A DNA stretch of 60,869 bases from Saprospiraceae bacterium (GTDB lineage Bacteria > Bacteroidota > Bacteroidia > Chitinophagales > Saprospiraceae). Where the stretch lies: NCBI GenBank assembly GCA_016787465.1, contig JAEUUR010000197.1, forward strand, positions 1 to 60,869, read 5' to 3'. Under the pieces are notes generated by a model, which did not search any database, had not been told where the DNA came from, and saw only the letters and a list, made by a program, of their open reading frames with translations. Below, piece by piece: positions 39,626 to 50,550 of this stretch. Position 1 is the first letter of the stretch; every line of letters starts with the position of its first letter. The translations under genes were made by a program, and so were the position numbers.

Positions 39626-40960
39626 ATGTCGGATTTGATCCCACAACCCCATGATGTAGTCGTTGCACTTGACATTGGCACCACGAAAGTGTGCTGCCTG
39701 GCAGGTAAAAGGAATACACACGGGAAACTTGAAATCATCGGAGTCGGTAAAGTAGAAAGCGCAGGCGTGTTACGCGGCGTTGTCTCCAACATTGAAAAAA
39801 CCGTCGGCGCGATCCGGGAAGCGGTGGACATCTGCGAGCGCAATGCCCGTATGAAATTCACCAAAGTACATGTCGGAATTGCCGGTCAACACATCAAAAG
39901 CTTGCAACACCGCGGCATTTTGATGCGCGACAGCGATCACACCGAAATTGCCCACCGCGACATAGAGCGGCTGGTCAATGACATGTTCAAACTCGTATTA
40001 CCGCCTGGCGACAAGATCATTCACGTTTTTCCACAGGAGTTCACCGTTGACTCCGAGCAGGGCATCACCGACCCGGTCGGTATGTGCGGCGTGCGTCTTG
40101 AAGCCAATTTCCACATTATCACCGGTCAGATCACCGCGATCAACAACATCTACCGCTGCATTGAAAAAGCAGGGTTGAAGGTAGCCGATCTGACGCTTGA
40201 ACCCATTGCCAGCGCCGATTCTACGCTGAGCGAAGAGGAGAAACAAGCTGGTGTTGCGTTGGTGGACATCGGCGGCGGAACTACTGATATTACCGTATTC
40301 CACGAAGGAATTATCCGGCACACCGCCGTGATTCCATTCGGTGGCAACGTGATCACTTCCGACATCAAAGAAGGCTGCACCGTGATGCAACCTCAGGCTG
40401 AAAAGCTGAAGGTAAAATTCGGCTCAGCCATGATTAATGAAGTTTTTGACAACCGGATCATCACCATTCCGGGTTTGAAAGGCCGCGATCACAAAGAGAT
40501 CAGCGAAAAGAACCTCGCGCGCATTATCCAGGCGCGTATGGAGGAAGTATTCGACTATGTGCTTTGGGAAATCCGGCGTTCGGGTTATGAGCGCAAACTG
40601 ATCGGCGGTATCGTACTGACCGGCGGCGGATCCTTGCTCGCGCACACCGAGAAACTGGCTGAATACCACACTGGCATGTCGTGCCGCATCGGAGTTCCGG
40701 TGGAGCACCTGGCGCATGGTTACCATGAATCCGTAAACAGCCCGATTTTCAGCACCGGCATCGGCTTGCTGCTGCGCGGATTGCAGGATATCGAACCGGG
40801 CGTTGTTGAATCCGAACCGCATCAGAAATCAGATCAGGAAAAACGGGAGCCCTCCAACGTTTCGGAAGAAAAAGAAGCTTCCTGGCTGGATAATGTGTTC
40901 CGCAAAACCAAAGAATGGTTTGAAGCAGAACCCGATCTGGATTTCAACAAAAAACAGTAA
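39626..40960 (+). CDS. ftsA: Cell-division protein FtsA
   Basis: Actin-fold motifs (LDIGTTKV, VDIGGGTTD, VLTGGGS) and a C-terminal amphipathic helix. Confidence 0.96.
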   Translation: MSDLIPQPHDVVVALDIGTTKVCCLAGKRNTHGKLEIIGVGKVESAGVLRGVVSNIEKTVGAIREAVDICERNARMKFTKVHVGIAGQHIKSLQHRGILMRDSDHTEIAHRDIERLVNDMFKLVLPPGDKIIHVFPQEFTVDSEQGITDPVGMCGVRLEANFHIITGQITAINNIYRCIEKAGLKVADLTLEPIASADSTLSEEEKQAGVALVDIGGGTTDITVFHEGIIRHTAVIPFGGNVITSDIKEGCTVMQPQAEKLKVKFGSAMINEVFDNRIITIPGLKGRDHKEISEKNLARIIQARMEEVFDYVLWEIRRSGYERKLIGGIVLTGGGSLLAHTEKLAEYHTGMSCRIGVPVEHLAHGYHESVNSPIFSTGIGLLLRGLQDIEPGVVESEPHQKSDQEKREPSNVSEEKEASWLDNVFRKTKEWFEAEPDLDFNKKQ

Positions 40961-41073
40961 AGGTTTGACCTGGCTGTTGATCAAAAACAAATTAATTAAC
41001 CGGCGTCGGAAATGACCAAACGAAAAAGTTTCAAATAACAACCTTCGTTTCCGAGCCATAAATTTTAAAAAAA

Positions 41074-42579
41074 ATGTTATTCGACCTTCCAAAAGATGAG
41101 CCGAGCATCATCAAAATCATAGGAGTAGGGGGCGGCGGATCCAATGCTGTCAACCATATGTACAAACAAGGCATCGTAGGCGTTGATTACGCCATTTGCA
41201 ACACCGATGCCCAGGCCATGGCCATGAGCGCAGTGCCAACCAAAATTTCACTTGGCCAGATACTGACAGAAGGCCGCGGCGCAGGCAGCAAACCCAGCGT
41301 GGGCAAGCAGGCCTGTATCGAAAGCATCGAAGAGATCAAACAATTTTTGGACGATGGCACCAAAATGGTGTTTATCACGGCCGGCATGGGCGGCGGCACC
41401 GGTACCGGCGCCGCGCCGATCATTGCAAAAGCCGCCCAGGAATTGGGTATTCTGACCGTTGGTATCGTGACCTTGCCCTTCACTTTCGAAGGCAAAATCC
41501 GTGTAGGTAACGGCAAAGACGGTCTGGATGAACTGCGCAAAAACGTGGATTGCCTCGTGGTGATTTCCAACGATAAGCTGCGCGATATCTACGGCAACCT
41601 GTCAATTTCGCAAGCATTCGGCGAAGCCGACACCATCCTGTGCACCGCTGCCAAAGGCATCGCCGAGATCATCACTGTTCCAGGTTATGTGAACGTGGAT
41701 TTCGAAGACGTAAACACCGTTATGCGCGGCTCAGGCGTTGCGATCATGGGCACTGCTGCCCTGGAAGGTGAAAACCGTGCCTTCCGTGCGGCCGATGAAG
41801 CCTTGCGTTCGCCGCTGCTCGAAGACAATGATATTTACGGGGCAAAAAATATCCTCGTCAATATCACTTCCGGCTCGAAAGAAGCCACGATGGACGAGAT
41901 TTTCGAAATCACGCAATTTGTACAGGAAAAGGCCGGTGAAAACGCCAACCTGATCTGGGGTAACTGCTACGACGATCGTTTGGGCGATAAATTGGCAGTA
42001 ACCATTATCGCAACCGGTTTCGATGCCATCGAACGCAAATCCAGCACAAGCACCGGTCAACGCCAGGCGCAGCCTGCTTCCGATCGCCAGGTCGTTCACC
42101 TCGACGACGAAGATGACCGGGTTGGAAAAAAGTCCCAGCCTTCTCTCTTTACAATTACGTCTGACGAGCCGTATGCCCCGGTAGACGAGAAGGCCGCTTC
42201 TTCACTCGAATTCGAGTTTGACGACATCCGGGAAACTGTAGAACAGATTCGACGCATCACACCGGTGAATAACGATCCGTATGTGCGTACGCGCGAGGAT
42301 GAGGATGAAATTTCACCCGATGAACGTCGCCGCCGGATTGAAGAGGCGCAGCGCCGCCGTCAGGAGGCGCTCAGCCGCCCGATCAATGTGGTGAAATTGA
42401 GTTCTCCGCAAACGATCATTGACCTGGAAAGTCAACCGGCATACCTGCGTAAGAATGTCAACCTCGACGATGTACCCGACGCTGGTCAGCATGAAATGTC
42501 GAACTGGACGATTTCACTGGAAGAGGACGGAGAGATCAAAGTTGGAGGTAATTCCTTCCTGCATGACAATGTAGATTAG
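41074..42579 (+). CDS. ftsZ: Cell-division GTPase FtsZ
   Basis: Tubulin signature GGGTGTGAAP, a long acidic linker and a conserved C-terminal peptide. Confidence 0.98.
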   Translation: MLFDLPKDEPSIIKIIGVGGGGSNAVNHMYKQGIVGVDYAICNTDAQAMAMSAVPTKISLGQILTEGRGAGSKPSVGKQACIESIEEIKQFLDDGTKMVFITAGMGGGTGTGAAPIIAKAAQELGILTVGIVTLPFTFEGKIRVGNGKDGLDELRKNVDCLVVISNDKLRDIYGNLSISQAFGEADTILCTAAKGIAEIITVPGYVNVDFEDVNTVMRGSGVAIMGTAALEGENRAFRAADEALRSPLLEDNDIYGAKNILVNITSGSKEATMDEIFEITQFVQEKAGENANLIWGNCYDDRLGDKLAVTIIATGFDAIERKSSTSTGQRQAQPASDRQVVHLDDEDDRVGKKSQPSLFTITSDEPYAPVDEKAASSLEFEFDDIRETVEQIRRITPVNNDPYVRTREDEDEISPDERRRRIEEAQRRRQEALSRPINVVKLSSPQTIIDLESQPAYLRKNVNLDDVPDAGQHEMSNWTISLEEDGEIKVGGNSFLHDNVD

Positions 42580-42685
42580 TAACACGAAAATGGTTCTTTG
42601 ATTCGAAATGCCGGCTTGAGAGTGGGATTAAGAGCCGGTAAATTCGATCAGAAGCCATGTTCAAAGAATATTTCTGCTAAGTGGT

Positions 42686-42725
42686 AGCGGCCTTGGCGCG
42701 TGGGACGCCGGGCCGCTTATTTTTT
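42686..42725 (+). terminator. Intrinsic terminator of the dcw operon
   Basis: GC-rich compound hairpin AGCGGCC...GGCCGCT followed by TTATTTTTT. Confidence 0.7.
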
Positions 42726-42746
42726 GTGCGCCCGGCATGGGCGCAC

Positions 42747-42781
42747 AAAAAAAACCGGGAGCGATATTCCATCGCTCCCGG
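42747..42781 (-). terminator. Intrinsic terminator for the minus-strand lipoprotein gene
   Basis: 11-bp stem CCGGGAGCGAT/ATCGCTCCCGG with an A8 run on the plus-strand 5' side (a T-run on the minus strand). A third hairpin (42726-42746, GTGCGCCC/GGGCGCAC) lies between the two terminators. Confidence 0.7.
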
Positions 42782-42907
42782 TTTAACTTCCTTCCGTTTA
42801 TAATTGGTGTTTCTGAGGTAGTATGATGCTGCAAAATTCAGCACAATCCAGATGTTTACCAACCGTAATTCTGCGCAATTTTAAAAACAGGTATTTTTAC
42901 GGGGGGG

Positions 42908-44356
42908 CTACTGGATCAAATTCACGGCGATCGACCAGGCAAAATCAAGCTGCACGGTTCCGTTATAAAACGCCCCGTTTTTCATGTCAACATACTGATC
43001 GGCCGTATAAATAAACTTGGCCGGATAATACGCCTGCGCATGACAACTCATACAATTCGATTGCACGCCCCATTGGTAATTCGGGTTTAACTGATTGGGG
43101 TTTACGCCCGGCGTATTCAACTGCCCCAAATTAGGCTCCAGGTAGGGGTTGTAACCGATAACGGCATTTACATTTTTGTTGGTTCCACCGGCCACCGGCT
43201 GGTTGGGCCGCACCATAGCATAAGTGGTTGATAATGCATAATGGCTTGCTGCGCCGCTCAGCTGTTTGGGGCGTAAGCTTGCGGCAACTGCATCGCTCGG
43301 GAAGGGCGGATTGTCGGGGTTGGGCGCCCAGAAAAACGTTTGCCAGGTCCAGTTGGAAATTTCTTTCGTGGTTACGTGCATGGCAATCAACAATGCCACA
43401 TCGCCCGCCGCCGCTTTTACGCCCTGCGAGGATTGTTGTTGGTTGACGTAAGCTGCCGCTGCGGAATCGAGCGTGTAATGAATAAAATCACCCAGGTTGC
43501 CGGTTGCCGCAGCGATCTGTGCCTGCGTGGGGTTGCCATCGGGTACGGGTACGAGGTTTTTGCCGGAAGGTGTGGCTTTGGTCATGTCGATATACACCCA
43601 ACTGTTCCACATCGTATCCGGAAAGTTTTTTGCGGGGGTGGGCGGCCCAGGCCAGGCAGGGATTTTCAGCGTTTGATCGGATTTTTTACCAATCAAATAG
43701 GTAGGTTTGAGGGTGATGGCTGTATTGGGGAAGGCTGGGATGGCGCTAATCTGACCAGGGCGCACCATGCCTGCCAGTTTAGATGTTTTCAATAGATCGT
43801 TTGTAACGGCATGGCTCGCCGCGGTGGGGTCGTAGGTGACGGTTGTCCACAAATCAGCGCCGCCGCCGGTTTCTTCATTGATAGAATCGACGGGAATGGC
43901 ACCGCCTTTCAAGGCGTTCATACGCAGGGTAGCGTGGCCGAACTGGCTGGGTGGTTTGAGGTTGCCCCTTCCCAGTTTGGTGAATTTCAGGCTTTTATCA
44001 TTGCTTTGCGTCATCGCCTGTATTTCACTGATACCCGGCCATGTTTCGTACACCAGCAGTTCCTGGTTGTTCCATTTCTGACCGGAAGGCGCAGTCAGGC
44101 CTGCCCAAATGCCCCAGGCATGGTTGTAAATACTTACCGTGTCGAAGTTTTGCGCCGTAAAACCGCCAAGCCATTGGTTGATAATTTTGTTGGAATCTTC
44201 CGGGAATTGAAAACCGGGGACAATGTTGGTTGGTAACGGAACCGGCGTAATAGCAACTTCGGGTAAGGCAACCGGCGGCTTGGATGGATCCTGACAGGTT
44301 GCAAACCATAACAAGAGCCCGAACATGGTAAACAAGAGCAGAGAGGCTTTTTTCAT
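42908..44356 (-). CDS. Hypothetical lipoprotein with a single C-terminal CXXCH motif
   Basis: The likely start is M30 of the track ORF (MKKASLLLFTMFGLLLWFATC, with a lipobox Cys). About 482 aa with no family I can name. NCMSCHAQ lies 45 aa from the C-terminus. Confidence 0.75.
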   Translation of the reverse strand: MKKASLLLFTMFGLLLWFATCQDPSKPPVALPEVAITPVPLPTNIVPGFQFPEDSNKIINQWLGGFTAQNFDTVSIYNHAWGIWAGLTAPSGQKWNNQELLVYETWPGISEIQAMTQSNDKSLKFTKLGRGNLKPPSQFGHATLRMNALKGGAIPVDSINEETGGGADLWTTVTYDPTAASHAVTNDLLKTSKLAGMVRPGQISAIPAFPNTAITLKPTYLIGKKSDQTLKIPAWPGPPTPAKNFPDTMWNSWVYIDMTKATPSGKNLVPVPDGNPTQAQIAAATGNLGDFIHYTLDSAAAAYVNQQQSSQGVKAAAGDVALLIAMHVTTKEISNWTWQTFFWAPNPDNPPFPSDAVAASLRPKQLSGAASHYALSTTYAMVRPNQPVAGGTNKNVNAVIGYNPYLEPNLGQLNTPGVNPNQLNPNYQWGVQSNCMSCHAQAYYPAKFIYTADQYVDMKNGAFYNGTVQLDFAWSIAVNLIQ

Positions 44357-44632
44357 AATACTTGAGTTGGTTTGGTGATGTGTTGTATGAAGCAAAACGT
44401 TCAAACAAAGGTGGGTAGGGCGCTTGGTTTTGCACAAGCGCATAAATGCCGCATTATTAAAACAGGTATTAATACGTATATGCCATGCGTAGAACTGCTT
44501 GATTTAGGAAAAAAGCACATCTGTGTTTGCGGTAACTTCAGACAAAGGCTATTTTTGGAGCGACAAAACATTCTGGCGTGTTTCAACACCAAACCACGCG
44601 AAGTTTAATTTCTCACTCTTCAATGTAACATT

Positions 44633-44971
44633 ATGCCAAGTTCTTATTTGATTCCATTGCAAACAGCCGTTAACTGGACCACCGCATGGCGTACCTCAAA
44701 CCCGAATTCCGTCAAAGCATTTAAAATTGACCTGCAGGAAATAAACGACCTGTTACAAGAAACGGGTACAACGGCTATCAGGGTGTATTTCGGGGTGGAA
44801 AATGGCGCTGAAAAGTTGATTCTGGTGGCGGTCAACAGCGCTGGTCAGGATATCATCAATCCCATTGTATCCGGAGCAAAAATCAGCGGCACCTACGATT
44901 TTAATTCTCCTTGCCCGCCTGTATGCGATCCAAGCAGCCCGTTGGTTACCGGAATAATGCCACCCAATTAA
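44633..44971 (+). CDS. Hypothetical small protein (112 aa) with Cys/Pro-rich tail
   Basis: The ORF ends 12 nt upstream of the next gene and has no signal peptide. The C-terminus is YDFNSPCPPVCDPSSPLVTGIMPPN. Confidence 0.55.
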   Translation: MPSSYLIPLQTAVNWTTAWRTSNPNSVKAFKIDLQEINDLLQETGTTAIRVYFGVENGAEKLILVAVNSAGQDIINPIVSGAKISGTYDFNSPCPPVCDPSSPLVTGIMPPN

Positions 44972-44983
44972 TCTGTTTGATAC

Positions 44984-45628
44984 GTGGATCTGGCGGCCAT
45001 CCTTTTTATCAAGTATTCTATGCTGTTCACCATGTTGCCTTTGGCAATAGCGGCGGTACGGTTTTTCAGGCATACGCCTGCTACGCGTATTGTAGCAGGT
45101 TTGATTGTGGTGGCCTGTGCCATCCAATGGCTTGCTTCCGTGATGACTGCTCGAAAGATGAACAACCTTAAATTGCTGCATCTGTACACCATTCTGGAGT
45201 TTGCCATTATTACCTGGTATTTTAGTGAAACCTTGAAAGGGGTATTCAAACGCCGTTTTTTTTGGTTGGTTGGAATTGGATTTGCGGCGCTTTCCATCCT
45301 GAATTCCTTGTTTCTGCAAGATCTGCAACATTTCAATACCTATGCCCGCAGCCTGGAAGGCATTCTGGTGATTACGTATTGCCTGATTTGGTATTTTCGT
45401 ACGCTTTCTGAAATGAAAGTCGAACGGCTGCAAGACGACCCGGTGTTTTGGATAAACACCGGGTTTTTATTGTATTTCTCGGGTGGTGTATTGTTGTTCT
45501 CTGTCAGCAACTATATTTTAGAATTAAATAGGTCGCTAAATTTGTATGTTTGGGCTTTCCATGGGCTTTTCACCACCATCATGTATACCCTGATTGCGAT
45601 CGGATTATGGAAGCTACCCGCGAAATAG
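44984..45628 (+). CDS. Polytopic membrane protein (6-7 TM), candidate sensor/accessory partner of the adjacent kinase
   Basis: 214 aa, GTG start, hydrophobic throughout. It overlaps the kinase ORF by 22 nt in another frame. Confidence 0.6.
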   Translation: MDLAAILFIKYSMLFTMLPLAIAAVRFFRHTPATRIVAGLIVVACAIQWLASVMTARKMNNLKLLHLYTILEFAIITWYFSETLKGVFKRRFFWLVGIGFAALSILNSLFLQDLQHFNTYARSLEGILVITYCLIWYFRTLSEMKVERLQDDPVFWINTGFLLYFSGGVLLFSVSNYILELNRSLNLYVWAFHGLFTTIMYTLIAIGLWKLPAK

Positions 45629-46398
45629 ACGTATTTATTTTTTTAGCAATCGGAATGCTCACCCTTTTCCTGTTGGCGGGTGGAGTAGTTGTGTTTTTTG
45701 TTACCTACCAAAAACGCATGTTAACTCAGCAACTTCGATTGAGTGAAATGGAACGTGCGCACCAGGAAGAATTATTACACTCCAATATTGAACAAGTTGA
45801 AGCCGAGCGGCATCGCATCGCCACCGATCTGCATGATGAAGTGGGTAGTATTTTTTCTACTTTGAAGTTGAAAATCAACCAATTACAAAGGGGGGAGAAT
45901 CCCGGGAAAATATTAGAAGACAGCAGTGAAATTATAGATGCAGGCCTCATGAGCGTCAGAAGAATTTCGCATGAATTGGTGCCTCCAAGCCTGGAAATGT
46001 TTGGACTTGCCGATGCTTTGGCTGCACTTTGTCAGAAAGCTTCAACATCGCAACTTCAACTTGAGTTGAACTGCGAAGATGATTTTCAGCGGCTGCCGGT
46101 CAAAACGGAGCTTGGACTATACCGGATTGTTCAGGAATTAATAAATAATGCCATACGACATTCGGGTGCTTCAAGAATTAATTTATATTTGAGCCGCCAA
46201 GCCGATCACATAACACTTGTTTTTGAAGACAATGGCAAAGGCGCCGATCCATCTGTACTCAACGCAGCAAAAGGCCTGGGAATAAAAAATATCGAAGCCC
46301 GAGCTAGCCAGTTTAATGCTTCGGTAAATTGGGTATCCCAACCAGGTCAAGGCTTGAAAACAATCATTTTAATCCCTCAGGAGCCGAATGTTACATGA
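45607..46398 (+). CDS. Sensor histidine kinase (HisKA_3 / NarX-DesK type) with a single N-terminal TM helix and no extracytoplasmic domain
   Basis: H-box RHRIATDLHDEVGS plus N/G boxes (ELINNAIRHS, DNGKG, GLGIKNI). The ATG at 45607 precedes the TM helix. The frame remains open upstream to 45550. Confidence 0.88.
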   Translation: MEATREIDVFIFLAIGMLTLFLLAGGVVVFFVTYQKRMLTQQLRLSEMERAHQEELLHSNIEQVEAERHRIATDLHDEVGSIFSTLKLKINQLQRGENPGKILEDSSEIIDAGLMSVRRISHELVPPSLEMFGLADALAALCQKASTSQLQLELNCEDDFQRLPVKTELGLYRIVQELINNAIRHSGASRINLYLSRQADHITLVFEDNGKGADPSVLNAAKGLGIKNIEARASQFNASVNWVSQPGQGLKTIILIPQEPNVT

Positions 46399-47060
46399 AC
46401 AAAAACACGATTCGTATTGCTATTGCTGAAGATCAGCAATTGTTCCGTGAATGCCTGGTATCCATTCTCAATGGATTTGAACACTTGAACGTCGTTGTTC
46501 AGGCATCTAATGGAAAACACCTGCTTTCAGAACTTACACAACTTGAAACCCCGCCCGATGTGGTTTTAATGGATTTGTCTATGCCTGAATTGAATGGCAT
46601 GGATACCACCAAACTGCTTAAAAAAGATTACCCTGATATAAAAATCGTTATCCTGTCGGTACACAGCGAAGAGCGGCATATCGTGAGGCTGGTCGGCATG
46701 GGCGTCAACGGTTATTTGCTGAAAAACACGGAGCTTTCCGAGGTTGTCAAAGCAGTGGAAGCAGTGGCAGAAAAAGGATTTTATTTTAATGAGTCGATCC
46801 TTCGTGCCATTCAACAGGGAATGGGGCAAAAACAACAAAAACAATTCAACCCCGAAATTCCGCTGACCGCCCGGGAAAAAGAGGTACTCGAACTCATTTG
46901 CAGAGAGCTGACTACTAATGAAATAGCCGACAAACTTTACCTGAGTATCAGAACAGTCGACGGACACAGGAACAACCTGCTTGAAAAAACCGGTTCCAGA
47001 AATACCGCCGGTTTGGTGCTTTATGCGGTTAAAAACGGCCTTTTTGAAGTGGAGCCGTAA
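46395..47060 (+). CDS. LuxR/NarL-family response regulator
   Basis: REC domain (IAIAEDQ, DVVLMDLSMP, K in LLKN) plus a C-terminal LuxR HTH (LTAREKEVLELI...NEIADKLYLSIRTVDGHR). The ATG overlaps the kinase stop codon (ATGA). Confidence 0.92.
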   Translation: MNKNTIRIAIAEDQQLFRECLVSILNGFEHLNVVVQASNGKHLLSELTQLETPPDVVLMDLSMPELNGMDTTKLLKKDYPDIKIVILSVHSEERHIVRLVGMGVNGYLLKNTELSEVVKAVEAVAEKGFYFNESILRAIQQGMGQKQQKQFNPEIPLTAREKEVLELICRELTTNEIADKLYLSIRTVDGHRNNLLEKTGSRNTAGLVLYAVKNGLFEVEP

Positions 47061-47109
47061 TTCTTTTTAAAAAAATCCGACTCTATTCCTTCGGCCCGAC
47101 AAATAGCTC

Positions 47110-47117
47110 TACCTTTG
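47110..47117 (+). promoter_or_regulatory. -7 box TACCTTTG upstream of pyrG
   Basis: Exact TAnnTTTG 26 nt upstream of the ATG at 47143. Confidence 0.5.
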
Positions 47118-47127
47118 CATCCCGTAA

Positions 47128-48744
<1,617 letters not shown>

Positions 48745-48747
<3 letters not shown>

Positions 48748-48788
48748 TGGTGAACCAACTTAGTTTCTGGAAAATTGGTTCACCACTA
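48745..48788. terminator. 14-bp perfect hairpin between convergent pyrG and recN (no T-run)
   Basis: TAGTGGTGAACCAA (48745-48758) pairs with TTGGTTCACCACTA (48775-48788). The left arm starts on the pyrG stop codon. Confidence 0.45.
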
Positions 48789-48790
48789 GA

Positions 48791-50446
48791 TTATTGACTA
48801 ATCAATTCATTGGCGGTTGCCAATGCCGAATCGCTGGGCGGGTTCCCGCTCAGCATAACCGCAATGGAGCGCACCCTTTCATCTGGGTTTAGCAATCGAA
48901 TATTGGTGATTGTACGCTGATCGCCGGTGGTTTTGTACACGAAATAGTGCGCGTCGGCACGTGCGGCGATTTGTGGCGTATGAGTAATGCTCACCACCTG
49001 ATGGCGATCGCTGAGTTCCTTGAGGATCAAACCCATTTTCAAGGACACATCGCCGCTGACGCCGCTGTCGATTTCGTCAAATATAAGTGTTGGCAACGGA
49101 ATGGCATCGGCCACCAGGCTTTTGGTACATAAAGTGAGTCGGGATAGTTCGCCGCCGGAAGCGACGTCCTTGATCGGCAGAAACCGTGATCCAATATTTC
49201 CTGCAAACAAAAACTGCACATCGTCGAGACCGGTAGGGGAGAGGTTGGTTACATCGCCGATTTCCACTTTCAATCGGGCATGCGGCATGGAGAGTTGTTC
49301 AAGCATGCCATGCACCTTGTTTTCAAACCCGGCAGTGATGCTGCGGCGCCGGGTGCTCAACTCGGCGGCCTGGCGGCGCAGGTTGGTTTCCTGTGTCTGG
49401 ATAGACTTTTCCAAACTGGCAATTGCGGCGCTCAGATCGCTGAAGCCGCCCGTTCGAATCCCCAATTGTTCCTGGATTTCCAACAATGCTTCTACAGAGT
49501 TTACGCCGTGCTTTTTTTCCAGTTTGTACAAAACATTGAGTCGTTCTTGTACTTCCATGATCCGATGTGGATCCAGTTCGGTGGATTCGGCGATGCGGTC
49601 GCACGCGCGGGCGAGGTCCTGCAGTTCAACGAGCAGGTTGTCGAGCCGGTCGCTCAGGCCTGCAAATTCAGGCGCCAATTTGCGGGTATTTTGGAAACTC
49701 CTGCCGATTTCCTGCAATTGGCTTGCGATGTTTTGTTCGCCTTCCAGCAGGTGGTTGAAAGCCATGCCGAAGGTGCGTTTGATTTCTTCGGCGTTGCTGA
49801 GGCGGGCCAGTTCCGCTTCCAGGGACTCCTGTTCACCCGGAATTAAAACGGCTTGCAATAATTCTTCCAGTTGAAAACGGAGAAACTCCATTTCTTTTGA
49901 ACCGTTTTCACTTTGATCAATGAGTTCGGCAAGGCGCCGTTTGTCGGTCGCATATACCCGATATTCGGTTTGGTATTGTTTGAGTAATGCCTGGTTGTCG
50001 GCCAAAGCATCGATCATTCGCAATTGAAAATTGACGTTATGGATGTCGAGGGTGTCGAATTGTTGGTGTAAATCGATTAACGTATCGGTCAGGCGTTGAA
50101 GCACCTGGTTGTTTACCGGCGTATCGTTCACAAAGGCTCTGCTTTTTCCTGCGGGTGAAAGTTCGCGGCGAATCACCACTTCCTGATCATAATCCAGTTC
50201 GTTTTCTTCAAAAAAGGAAACCAGGTCGTACGCTCCAACTTCAAACACTGCTTCTACCACGCATTTTTCGGAATCATTGTAGAACACACGGGAATCGGCC
50301 CGTTCGCCCATGACCAATCCGAGGGCTCCGAGGAGAATGGATTTACCGGCGCCTGTTTCGCCGGTAATGATGGTCAGGTGTTTGGAAAACTGAATGTCGA
50401 TTTCGTCAATCAGCGCGTAATTGCGAATATGGAGACGTTTGAGCAT
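48791..50446 (-). CDS. recN: DNA repair protein RecN
   Basis: 551 aa with Walker A GETGAGKSIL, a long coiled coil and a C-terminal SGGE signature. Confidence 0.96.
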   Translation of the reverse strand: MLKRLHIRNYALIDEIDIQFSKHLTIITGETGAGKSILLGALGLVMGERADSRVFYNDSEKCVVEAVFEVGAYDLVSFFEENELDYDQEVVIRRELSPAGKSRAFVNDTPVNNQVLQRLTDTLIDLHQQFDTLDIHNVNFQLRMIDALADNQALLKQYQTEYRVYATDKRRLAELIDQSENGSKEMEFLRFQLEELLQAVLIPGEQESLEAELARLSNAEEIKRTFGMAFNHLLEGEQNIASQLQEIGRSFQNTRKLAPEFAGLSDRLDNLLVELQDLARACDRIAESTELDPHRIMEVQERLNVLYKLEKKHGVNSVEALLEIQEQLGIRTGGFSDLSAAIASLEKSIQTQETNLRRQAAELSTRRRSITAGFENKVHGMLEQLSMPHARLKVEIGDVTNLSPTGLDDVQFLFAGNIGSRFLPIKDVASGGELSRLTLCTKSLVADAIPLPTLIFDEIDSGVSGDVSLKMGLILKELSDRHQVVSITHTPQIAARADAHYFVYKTTGDQRTITNIRLLNPDERVRSIAVMLSGNPPSDSALATANELISQ

Positions 50447-50475
50447 TTGAATAGGTCAATTGGATTCTTTCGCGG

Positions 50476-50483
50476 CAAAAATA
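50476..50483 (-). promoter_or_regulatory. -7 box (TATTTTTG on minus strand) upstream of recN
   Basis: Plus-strand CAAAAATA lies 30 nt upstream of the recN ATG at 50446. Confidence 0.45.
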
Positions 50484-50550
50484 GCGCAAAAGTGGTGAAG
50501 AGTTGATTTGATGAAATTATTTGTTTTAATTGTTTTCTCATATCCACGAG

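Noticed and set aside
42726-42746. Middle hairpin GTGCGCCC-GGCAT-GGGCGCAC between the two terminators, considered as a separate regulatory element or sRNA
   Set aside because: It sits between two convergent intrinsic terminators and has no T-run on either strand. It is most simply part of a compound bidirectional termination region.
48777-48789. 13-mer GGTTCACCACTAG shared by the pyrG (48777) and rocD (57276) downstream regions
   Set aside because: A back-of-envelope count gives tens of chance 13-mer matches in a 61-kb window when both strands are considered. There is no extended similarity around the match.
49020-49874. 284-aa and 188-aa ORFs antisense to recN
   Set aside because: They are antisense shadow ORFs with Ser/Arg/Cys-rich low-complexity translations.
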